Shown here piece by piece: positions 19,506 to 26,537 of a stretch of 44,523 nucleotides of DNA. This stretch comes from a virus (Duplodnaviria; Caudoviricetes). How positions within the stretch are numbered: position 1 is the first letter of the stretch; every line of letters begins with the position of its first letter. The stretch covers positions 1 through 44,523 of IMG/VR virus record IMGVR_UViG_3300035014_000030; one strand, 5' to 3'. The notes beneath the pieces are model-generated. The model was not told the DNA's origin, did not search any database, and saw only the letters and a program-made list of their open reading frames with translations. Position numbers and translations under genes: made by a program.

Positions 19506-20095
19506 CAGGCGACCGCCACGCGGACGTCGTTGCGTTCGGCCAGGTGCTGGCGGAGCCGGGCGTCCATCAGCGTCTGCAGCCGATGCGCGTCGACGCCGAG
19601 TTCGGCCGCGAGCTCGGCAGCGATGCGGGCCGGCCAGGCGAGGATGGCATCGCGCTCCTCCTTGGCGAGCCGGTGCACCAGCATGAGGGCCCGTGCCTTC
19701 TCGACCAGCTGGCCGCGCCGCTCGTCGAGCCGGAGCTTGCGCTCCTGCGCCTTGAGCATCTCGTTGGCGGTGCGCGCATTGTGGAAGCTGCTGCCGCCCG
19801 CGGAGGGTGTGGGCAGCGGCTCCGGCACGGGCGGGGCGACGAATGCCGGTCGCGGTGGGGTCGGCGGTGGCAATGGCTGTACCGGTACTGGCGCCGCCAT
19901 AGCCGCCGTCTTGCGCGCCGGATCGCTGCTGGCGGCCAGCCGCGCGCGGACCTTCTCGACGTCCCAGCCGCCGCCCGGTTCCTGCGCGATGCGGCCGGAC
20001 TGCGCGGCCTTCTGCAGCGCGGTGTGCGAGATGCCCAGCCGGCGCGCCACCTCGCGCTGCGAGGGCACCAGCGCATCGGAAGCGGCTGCGATCAT
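19505..20095 (-). CDS. Terminase small subunit
   Basis: N-terminal HTH (SQREVARRLGISHTALQKA), coiled coil; directly upstream of TerL. Confidence 0.85.
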   Translation of the reverse strand: MIAAASDALVPSQREVARRLGISHTALQKAAQSGRIAQEPGGGWDVEKVRARLAASSDPARKTAAMAAPVPVQPLPPPTPPRPAFVAPPVPEPLPTPSAGGSSFHNARTANEMLKAQERKLRLDERRGQLVEKARALMLVHRLAKEERDAILAWPARIAAELAAELGVDAHRLQTLMDARLRQHLAERNDVRVAVA

Positions 20096-20146
20096 GATGT
20101 GATCGAACCCCTCCGATCTTAGCAATTCGATGCGCGCGAGATGCAC

Positions 20147-20189
20147 TTGGCTCGTGCGCGGCACAGCGCGAATGGTCCGTCACACGCAG
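20147..20189 (+). promoter_or_regulatory. Promoter-like motif, copy 1 (reverse cassette)
   Basis: TTGGCT-N9-CACAGCGCGAATGGTCCGTCACACGCAG, nearly identical to 21497-21539. Confidence 0.6.
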
Positions 20190-20222
20190 AGCACCTCGCC
20201 CTGCACCACGACGGAGACCACC

Positions 20223-20459
20223 ATGACCGACCGCATCGCCCGCGCCGCACGCAACCAGGAAAACAGCCTGGCCGCCTTCCTCGCGAAGAAGGCCGAATTC
20301 GACGCCCTCCTCGCGGAACTCACCCAGGCCAGCGAGGACCATTTCGGCGCGGACCCCGAGACAGTGCTTTGGGGCGAAGCCGCCTGGCTTTCGGATGCCA
20401 CCGCGAAGCTGAAGGACATCGCGGACCAGCATTTCCGCCGCGGCGAATACGAAGCCTGA
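20223..20459 (+). CDS. Small helical hypothetical protein
   Basis: 78 aa; RBS GGAGACCACC-ATG; AAFLAKKAEFDALLAEL...DHFGADP. Confidence 0.75.
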   Translation: MTDRIARAARNQENSLAAFLAKKAEFDALLAELTQASEDHFGADPETVLWGEAAWLSDATAKLKDIADQHFRRGEYEA

Positions 20460-20554
20460 CGCGGGCCACTCCCGCACCGCCCCGACCGGCGACGCCGGCG
20501 GGGCTCCCGGCAGTAGGGGCCGATGACCGGCACCCGGAACCGGAGACCACCACG

Positions 20555-21424
20555 ATGATCAAGCTTTCCGACACCCAGCGCGTGATCCTCAGCGCCGCCG
20601 CGCAGCACGAGATGGGCCTCGCCCGCGCGCCGAAGACCCTGCCGGCCGCGGCGCGCAACGCGGTGTTCCGCAGCCTGATCAAGAACAACCTGCTCACCGA
20701 GATCAACGCGCCGCGCGAGCATGTCGGGCTCGGCTGGCGCCAGGACGACGACGGGACCTGGATCGTGGCGCGCATCACCGACGAGGGGCTGCGCGCCATC
20801 GGCATCGACCCGAACGAGGGCGACGCGGAGACCGGCGAGCCCGACTGCTCGGGCATCGAGGGCAGCGTGCCCCACACGGCGCCCATGGTGGCGCCCGACA
20901 CCACGCCGGGGGAAAGCCCCGCGCCCACCGCCGAGCCTGCCCAGGCCGCGCCCCTGACGGAGGAAATCGCCATGCTCGACCAGGCTCTCGCGGCACGCAC
21001 CGCCACGCCGCGGACCAGCCTGCGCGACACCGCCGCGGCCATCCTCGCCGCCTGGGACGATCAGGCGGCCCGGTTCGGGACGCATGATGGCGACCTGATC
21101 GGCGCGCTGGACGCGCCGATCGCGGCCCTCCGCACCCTGCTCGCCGGCCAACCGGCCCGCACCCCGCGCGAGCCGGGTGCGGCGCGCAAGCCGCGCGAAG
21201 GCACGAAGCAGGAGCAGGTGCTGGCCATGCTGCGCCGGCCCGAGGGTGCGACCGTCGCCCAGATAGCCGAGGCGACGGGCTGGGCACAGCACACGGTCCG
21301 CGGCTTCTTCGCGGGGCTGAAGAAGAAGGGCCACGCGGTCGAGGTGAAGTCGCGGGAGCGGATGGTCGGCCCGAACAAGACCGGCGCGAAGGGGTCCTTC
21401 ACGATCTACGCATTGGCGGAGTGA
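20555..21424 (+). CDS. DUF3489-like protein (C-terminal HTH)
   Basis: Start MIKLSDTQ with GGAG RBS; REGTKQEQVLAMLRRPEGAT..IAEATGWAQHTVRG motif. Confidence 0.85.
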   Translation: MIKLSDTQRVILSAAAQHEMGLARAPKTLPAAARNAVFRSLIKNNLLTEINAPREHVGLGWRQDDDGTWIVARITDEGLRAIGIDPNEGDAETGEPDCSGIEGSVPHTAPMVAPDTTPGESPAPTAEPAQAAPLTEEIAMLDQALAARTATPRTSLRDTAAAILAAWDDQAARFGTHDGDLIGALDAPIAALRTLLAGQPARTPREPGAARKPREGTKQEQVLAMLRRPEGATVAQIAEATGWAQHTVRGFFAGLKKKGHAVEVKSRERMVGPNKTGAKGSFTIYALAE

Positions 21425-21456
21425 AGCATCTCAGCCACGCCACTGAACATCATCGG

Positions 21457-21490
21457 AAGCGCCGGGGATCATCCAGATTCCCGGCGCTTT
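21457..21490 (+). terminator. Intrinsic terminator-like hairpin after the DUF3489 gene
   Basis: AAGCGCCGGG-GATC-ATCCA-GATT-CCCGGCGCTT followed by TAT. Confidence 0.6.
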
Positions 21491-21496
21491 ATCGAG

Positions 21497-21539
21497 TTGG
21501 CTGCGCTCCGACACAGCGCGAATCGTCCGTCACGCGCAG
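21497..21539 (+). promoter_or_regulatory. Promoter-like motif, copy 2 (reverse cassette)
   Basis: TTGGCT-N9-CACAGCGCGAATCGTCCGTCACGCGCAG; same distance to the next ATG (within 1 nt) as copy 1. Confidence 0.6.
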
Positions 21540-21571
21540 GGGCATCCCGCCCCGCCGAGACGGAGACGACA

Positions 21572-21772
21572 ATGAGCACCACCATCCTCCCGCACCTGAC
21601 CGCCGAAGGCCCGCAGGACCGCGCCGCCTGGCAGCAGCTTCTCGCCACCGCGCCGCGCAGCACGGACAGCGTGGGCCGCGCGACGATCCAAGTCTGCTCC
21701 GCCAGCGACGGGCGCGGGATCTACGCCACGGTGGACTACGCCACCTGGCAGACCGAGAAGGAGGAGGGCTGA
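21572..21772 (+). CDS. Small hypothetical protein
   Basis: 66 aa; RBS GGAGACGACA-ATG. Confidence 0.65.
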   Translation: MSTTILPHLTAEGPQDRAAWQQLLATAPRSTDSVGRATIQVCSASDGRGIYATVDYATWQTEKEEG

Positions 21773-22053
21773 TGCCCTGCGAACGCCGCTGGATCATCCT
21801 GGCGCAGGATGGCCGCCACGTGACCATGGGGCGCGCCGCACCACCGAGCGAGGCAGAAGTCGAAGCCGCCGCCACGGCGCTCGCCGCGCAGGGCCTCGCA
21901 GGCTGGCTCGCCACGCTGGACGGAAACTACTGGTCGCGCCGCCGCGTGGCCCTCACGCCGATACAGATGCTCGGCAACAGCGCCAGCCTGGATTGGCCTG
22001 CTGCCATCGCCGCATTCGACGCGGCCCGGAAGGCCGCGACGGCACCCCGCTGA
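21772..22053 (+). CDS. Small hypothetical protein
   Basis: 93 aa MPCERRWIILAQDGRH...; GGAGG RBS; TGATG coupling. Confidence 0.7.
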   Translation: MPCERRWIILAQDGRHVTMGRAAPPSEAEVEAAATALAAQGLAGWLATLDGNYWSRRRVALTPIQMLGNSASLDWPAAIAAFDAARKAATAPR

Positions 22054-22057
22054 CGCA

Positions 22058-23326
22058 TCACGCCGCGAGTGCCACACCACGTGCGGCGGCCACGTCCCGG
22101 AATACGCGATCCTCTCCGAACAGAACTGCCGCCTTGCCGGTGAGGTTCTGCCAACGCTGGATCGCCACATCGACATAGCGGGGATCGATATCCACCGCGT
22201 GGCAGACCCGCCCCGTCGTCTCCGCAGCGATGAGCGTGGTGCCGCTGCCGAGGAACGGATCATAGATCGCCTCGCCGGCGGCGCTGTTGTTCATGATCGG
22301 GCGGCGCATGCATTCCACCGGCTTCTGCGTGCCATGCACGGTGGCGGCATCCTCGTCGCCGCCATTGGAGATGGCCCAGAGCGTGGCCTGGTCCCGCGCA
22401 CCCTGCCAGTGGCCGGTCGCGCCCTTGCGCACCGCGTAGAGGCACGGCTCGTGCTGCCAGTGATAGTCGCCGCGCCCCAACACGAAGCGCGACTTCGCCC
22501 AGACGATCTGGCTGCGGATCACGAAGCCGGTCGCCTCCAGGCTTTCGATCACGGTGCGGCTGTGCACGCCTGCGTGCCAGACATAGGCCACGTCACCGGG
22601 GAACAGCGCCCAGGCCTGGCGCCAATCGGCGCGATCGTCATTCGCCACCTTCCCGGTGCGCATGGTTGCCGAGACGCCGGCTTCATTGCGCCATTCCGGA
22701 TCGTAGTTCACGCCATAGGGCGGGTCGGTGATCATCAAATGCGGGGCCGCGCCATTCAGCAGCCGGGCCACGTCCGCCGCGTTGGTGGCATCGCCGCACA
22801 GCAGCCGATGGGGGCCGAGCTGCCACAGATCGCCGGGACGGGTGACCGGCACGACAGGTGGCTCCGGCGCCGGCGCATCGGGATCCCCGGCGCCAGCGTT
22901 CCCCTCGTCGCCCGCGGCGTCGGCCAGCAGGCGATCCAGCATCGCCTGGTCGAAGCCGATCAGGCCCAGGTCGAATTCGTCGGCGCGCAGATCCCGCAGC
23001 TCAGCGGCGAGCAGGCTCTCGTCCCAGGTCGAGTTCAGCGCCAGCTGGTTGTCCGCCAGCCGAAAGGCCCGCGCCTGCGCTTCCGAGAGATGGCCGAGCC
23101 GGATGGCGGGTACCGCGTCGAGCCCGAGGGCCTTGGCCGCAAGGACGCGACCGTGGCCCGCAATCAGCACACCGGCATCATCCACCAGCACCGGCACGTT
23201 GAAGCCGAACTCGGCGATCGACGCAGCCAGTTGCGCCACCTGCTCGGTGGGGTGCATGCGTGCATTGGCGGCATAGACCGCGAGCGATGCCACCGGCATC
23301 ATTTCCATCTGAAGCTCAGGCCGCAT
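22058..23326 (-). CDS. ParB-N domain + N6/N4 DNA methyltransferase (DPPY)
   Basis: IAGHGR ParB/Srx motif; TDPPY; HGTQKP; DPFLGSGTT (beta-class order). Confidence 0.92.
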   Translation of the reverse strand: MRPELQMEMMPVASLAVYAANARMHPTEQVAQLAASIAEFGFNVPVLVDDAGVLIAGHGRVLAAKALGLDAVPAIRLGHLSEAQARAFRLADNQLALNSTWDESLLAAELRDLRADEFDLGLIGFDQAMLDRLLADAAGDEGNAGAGDPDAPAPEPPVVPVTRPGDLWQLGPHRLLCGDATNAADVARLLNGAAPHLMITDPPYGVNYDPEWRNEAGVSATMRTGKVANDDRADWRQAWALFPGDVAYVWHAGVHSRTVIESLEATGFVIRSQIVWAKSRFVLGRGDYHWQHEPCLYAVRKGATGHWQGARDQATLWAISNGGDEDAATVHGTQKPVECMRRPIMNNSAAGEAIYDPFLGSGTTLIAAETTGRVCHAVDIDPRYVDVAIQRWQNLTGKAAVLFGEDRVFRDVAAARGVALAA

Positions 23327-24779
23327 CGGCAGTGACCTCCATGCGGGCCGCGGCAATGGCGTCGTGGTCCCGGCCGTCATCGGCCAGCGTCACAGGCAGG
23401 TCTGGATGGAGCATTCGCCAGCGGGCAACGGCCAGATCGACATAGGCCGGTGCCAGCTCGATCGCGCGCACGCGGCGGCCTGTGCGTTGGCCGGCCAGGA
23501 TGGTGGTGCCGGAGCCGCCGAAGGGCTCGAACACGACCTCGCCCTCGTCCGTGTAGGTCCGCATCAGGAATTCCGGCAGCACGACCGGGAACACCGCGGG
23601 GTGCTCGGTCTCGATGCCGCGGCCCTTGTGGCGGGTCAGGCGCAGCACGTTGTCGGGGATCCGGAAATCCTGCACCGGCAAACCGGCATGCTGGTATTCC
23701 GAGATGGTGCCATCGGCGGCGCGCAGCCCGCTGCCCTTGTTCGGCGTGCCGGCCCATTTGCAGGGGACGATCTTGTTCGCCTGGCGGGCCTGACGGTTGA
23801 AGTGGAAGACGAACTCGAAGGCCGGCGCCAGTCGGCCATTCCAGTCGCCGGGCAGGCCTGGCCCCTGGTCCCAGGTATACAGCCCGAAGCGCCGCCAGCC
23901 GCGGGCGCGCATCCAGTCGAGCCATCCGGCCCAGTACGGGATCCATTCGCTGTCGCGATGGATAAGCCCGAGGTTCACCAGCACCTGGCCGTCAGGCCGC
24001 ATGGCGGCGTCGAGATGCTGGAACACGCCCTGCATGAGCGCATCCCAATCCGTGCCGCCGCCGGTGGTGTAGTCGCGCTGGTTCCCATACGGCGGGGAGG
24101 TGAAGAGCAGCGCCGCGCGGTCCTCGCCCATCACGCGCGCCACGGTGGCGGCGTCGGTGCTGTCGCCGCACAGCAGGCCATGATCACCCAGGAGCCAGAG
24201 ATCGCCCGGGCGGGTGACGGCCTGGCGCGGCGGCTCCGGATCAGCATCGGCGGGGTCTTCCGCGGGCGCGTCGTTGCCAGGGGCATCGCCGCTGGCAACG
24301 GCCGGGCTGGCAAGGGTCCCGTTGCCAGGGTCCGTTGCCACCGGCTCCATGCCCGCCAGCAGCCGATCGAGCTCACCGGCATCGAAGCCAGTCAGCGCCA
24401 TATCGATGCTGCCCATCTCCTGCAGCTTGGCGACCTCGGCGGCGAGCAGTGCCTCGTCCCAGCCGGCGTTCAGCGCGATGCGATTGTCCGCCAGGCGGTA
24501 GGCGGCCTTCTGCGCCTCGGTGAGGCCGGCGCGGGTGATGGTGGGGACGGTCTCCAGGCCCAGGGAGTTGGCGGCTTGTAGCCGACCATGGCCGGCGATG
24601 ACCTCGCCACGCTCGTCGACCAGCACCGGCGCCACGAAGCCGAACTCCAGAATGCTGGCCGCGATCTGCGCCACCTGCTCGGCGGAATGCGTGCGCGCAT
24701 TGCCGGCATAGGGCAGCAGGGAGGCGACCGCGCGCGCCTCAACGGCGCTCGCAGACCATGGAGCCTGGGGCATGCGCAC
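23316..24779 (-). CDS. ParB-N domain + N6/N4 DNA methyltransferase (SPPY)
   Basis: IAGHGR; FTSPPY; HPAVFP; EPFGGSGTT; start may be 24773. Confidence 0.92.
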   Translation of the reverse strand: MRMPQAPWSASAVEARAVASLLPYAGNARTHSAEQVAQIAASILEFGFVAPVLVDERGEVIAGHGRLQAANSLGLETVPTITRAGLTEAQKAAYRLADNRIALNAGWDEALLAAEVAKLQEMGSIDMALTGFDAGELDRLLAGMEPVATDPGNGTLASPAVASGDAPGNDAPAEDPADADPEPPRQAVTRPGDLWLLGDHGLLCGDSTDAATVARVMGEDRAALLFTSPPYGNQRDYTTGGGTDWDALMQGVFQHLDAAMRPDGQVLVNLGLIHRDSEWIPYWAGWLDWMRARGWRRFGLYTWDQGPGLPGDWNGRLAPAFEFVFHFNRQARQANKIVPCKWAGTPNKGSGLRAADGTISEYQHAGLPVQDFRIPDNVLRLTRHKGRGIETEHPAVFPVVLPEFLMRTYTDEGEVVFEPFGGSGTTILAGQRTGRRVRAIELAPAYVDLAVARWRMLHPDLPVTLADDGRDHDAIAAARMEVTADAA

Positions 24780-24875
24780 CTGCTGAAATCAATGTTGGCG
24801 GTGAAAGGTGCCGCCCGGCGAGGCTGGCAACGCGGCGCTGTGGCAACCTGGAAAAATAGCCTGGCGCTAGGAATG

Positions 24876-24920
24876 TTGCGCGCTTCCGCCCCCCGCATAC
24901 AGCGGGGCCAGGAAGGACCC
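24876..24920 (-). other. Putative cos site (cosQ-like GGGTCCT plus cosN-like)
   Basis: Minus strand GGGTCCT-TCCTGGCCCCGCTGTA-TGCG-GGGGGCGGAAGCG-CGCA, resembling lambda GGGTCCT...TTACG-GGGCGGCGACCT-CGCG; GpA-type terminase present. Confidence 0.65.
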
Positions 24921-25053
24921 TGCGGCTCGAGAGCCACTGTCTCGATCGAGCCGCAGCGTGGCTGTTCAGCCGCGGCGCTCTCGCACCTTCTCTACGTGTC
25001 TTGCTTCTAGCCTTATCGATTTCGGAGCCGCTACGGGGTGAATTGTAACAGCG

Positions 25054-25083
25054 TGATCGGGGCGATGATGACCGCCCCGATCA
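25054..25083 (-). terminator. Hairpin just after the putative late-regulator gene
   Basis: Perfect 11-bp inverted repeat TGATCGGGGCG/CGCCCCGATCA; no clear U-tract. Confidence 0.45.
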
Positions 25084-25090
25084 TCCCGCG

Positions 25091-25645
25091 TCACGCCGCC
25101 CTCGCTCGTGGCATCAGCCCGAAGTGCACGGCGAGAATGCCGAGGGACCCAACCAGGATGCCCTGTCCCACTGGGCCGTGCACCGTCCGTCCGGCCCAGC
25201 CCTGCCGCATCGACCACTCGCGGACCGAGAACTCGAGACCGATGACAAACCACGCGCAGGAGCCGCAGGGGCTGTCCTGCCCCCCCAGCGTATCGAGCGC
25301 CGCAGCGACGCGGCGCCGTGCCTCCACCTGCATCGTCGAGAGCGTGTCGACGCGCGTGCCTGGGATGCGCATGATCTGCGACGTCGACATGCTGTCGAAG
25401 CAGGCGGCGCGGAACAGCCCGCGGAAGATCTCACCCGCTTCGTGCATCTGTGGCGTGATGCTGCCGTGCGCCAGCATCAGCCCGAGCGTGTCCACGGCGC
25501 GGCGATGCTGGACTGGGCTGCCGGTCTCGGGATCCGCCTCGCGGATCGGCTCCGAGAAGCCACCGTGCTGCATCCGCCACTTCGACGGCTTCGCCAGATC
25601 GTCGTGCTTCGGCTTCGGCACCTTGGGCTTGCGCTTACCGGCCAT
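25091..25645 (-). CDS. Putative late-gene regulator (Q-like position, DUF6456-like)
   Basis: 184 aa; GSITPQMHEAG..F; C-terminal HTH-like segment; last gene before the cos/late region. Confidence 0.55.
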   Translation of the reverse strand: MAGKRKPKVPKPKHDDLAKPSKWRMQHGGFSEPIREADPETGSPVQHRRAVDTLGLMLAHGSITPQMHEAGEIFRGLFRAACFDSMSTSQIMRIPGTRVDTLSTMQVEARRRVAAALDTLGGQDSPCGSCAWFVIGLEFSVREWSMRQGWAGRTVHGPVGQGILVGSLGILAVHFGLMPRARAA

Positions 25646-25865
25646 GGTGGTTCTCCCCGTTGCGACGCCCCCAGCGCCGATTGGCTTCGTTGGTGATGGC
25701 CTGGCGGAGCCAGTCGTCCGTGATGTCGGCGACAGGCAGCGCGGCCACGCCGTGCCGATGCCAAGCGGCGGCGCGCATGGCGTTCACCTCGCTGTCGTTG
25801 GTCGGGCTGCGCGTGCCGCGGTCGAGGCAGGACCGGGGCGGTTGCGGCGCGCCGTGCATGCTCAT
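25635..25865 (-). CDS. Hypothetical protein
   Basis: 76 aa, overlaps both neighbours. Confidence 0.6.
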   Translation of the reverse strand: MSMHGAPQPPRSCLDRGTRSPTNDSEVNAMRAAAWHRHGVAALPVADITDDWLRQAITNEANRRWGRRNGENHHGR

Positions 25866-26410
25866 GCGCGGCCTCCCGTGGGGTCAGTCGCCCAGAGCAG
25901 AAGGGCGATGGCATCCGCCTCGTTGTCGTCGGCCGGCGCAAAGCCGCGGGCCTGGATGGCGGCGACCATCTTCGCCTTGTCGGCGTTGCCCTTGCCGGTG
26001 GCGTAGCGCTTGATCGTGCCGACCGGGACGCCCTCGTAGGGGACGTCGTGCTCCTCGCACCAAGCGGTGAGCATGCCGAGGAAGCCGCCATAGATGTGCG
26101 CTGCGTCGGTGCCGGCATGCGCGCGGACCTCCTCGAACACGATCCGCGCCACACCGCCGGACAGGGCAGCCACCTCGGCCAACCAGCCGCGGAAGCGGAG
26201 GAAGCGCATCCCGCCGCCCTCGAAGCGGGTCGGCTTGAAGGTCATGGTGCCGGAGGTGATGCCGCCGTCACGCGACCGCAGTGCCCATCCGGTGGTGGTG
26301 CCGAGATCGAGGGCGAGCACGGCGTGGTGCGCCAGGCTGATCGCGGGCGGGAGAGCGATGGGCGGGGCGCTTGCATGGGCGGCGGGCATGGTGAGAGTCG
26401 CGGGTGCCAT
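25862..26410 (-). CDS. RuvC-like Holliday junction resolvase
   Basis: VLALDLGTTTGWA, IVFEEV, ATGKGNADK and DDNEADA motifs. Confidence 0.85.
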   Translation of the reverse strand: MAPATLTMPAAHASAPPIALPPAISLAHHAVLALDLGTTTGWALRSRDGGITSGTMTFKPTRFEGGGMRFLRFRGWLAEVAALSGGVARIVFEEVRAHAGTDAAHIYGGFLGMLTAWCEEHDVPYEGVPVGTIKRYATGKGNADKAKMVAAIQARGFAPADDNEADAIALLLWATDPTGGRA

Positions 26411-26537
26411 GGTGGTCTCCGAGAGGGGATGATCCTGGTGAGGGCGGCGACGGCGCGGTTCTTGGCGGAGCTCGCCGTCGCTGCCCGGCTTTCAGTCGAT
26501 TGCCGCCTGGGCGGGCCGGTGCTGTGCGGACGGCGCA

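Noticed and set aside
19506-20477. N-terminal extension making the terminase 980 aa
   Set aside because: Overlaps TerS and a plus-strand gene; coupled ATG at 19505 gives a normal GpA size
20511-20545. Hammerhead-like words (GTA, CGATGA, GAAC)
   Set aside because: Core deviates from CUGANGA/GAAA and stems I/III cannot be formed
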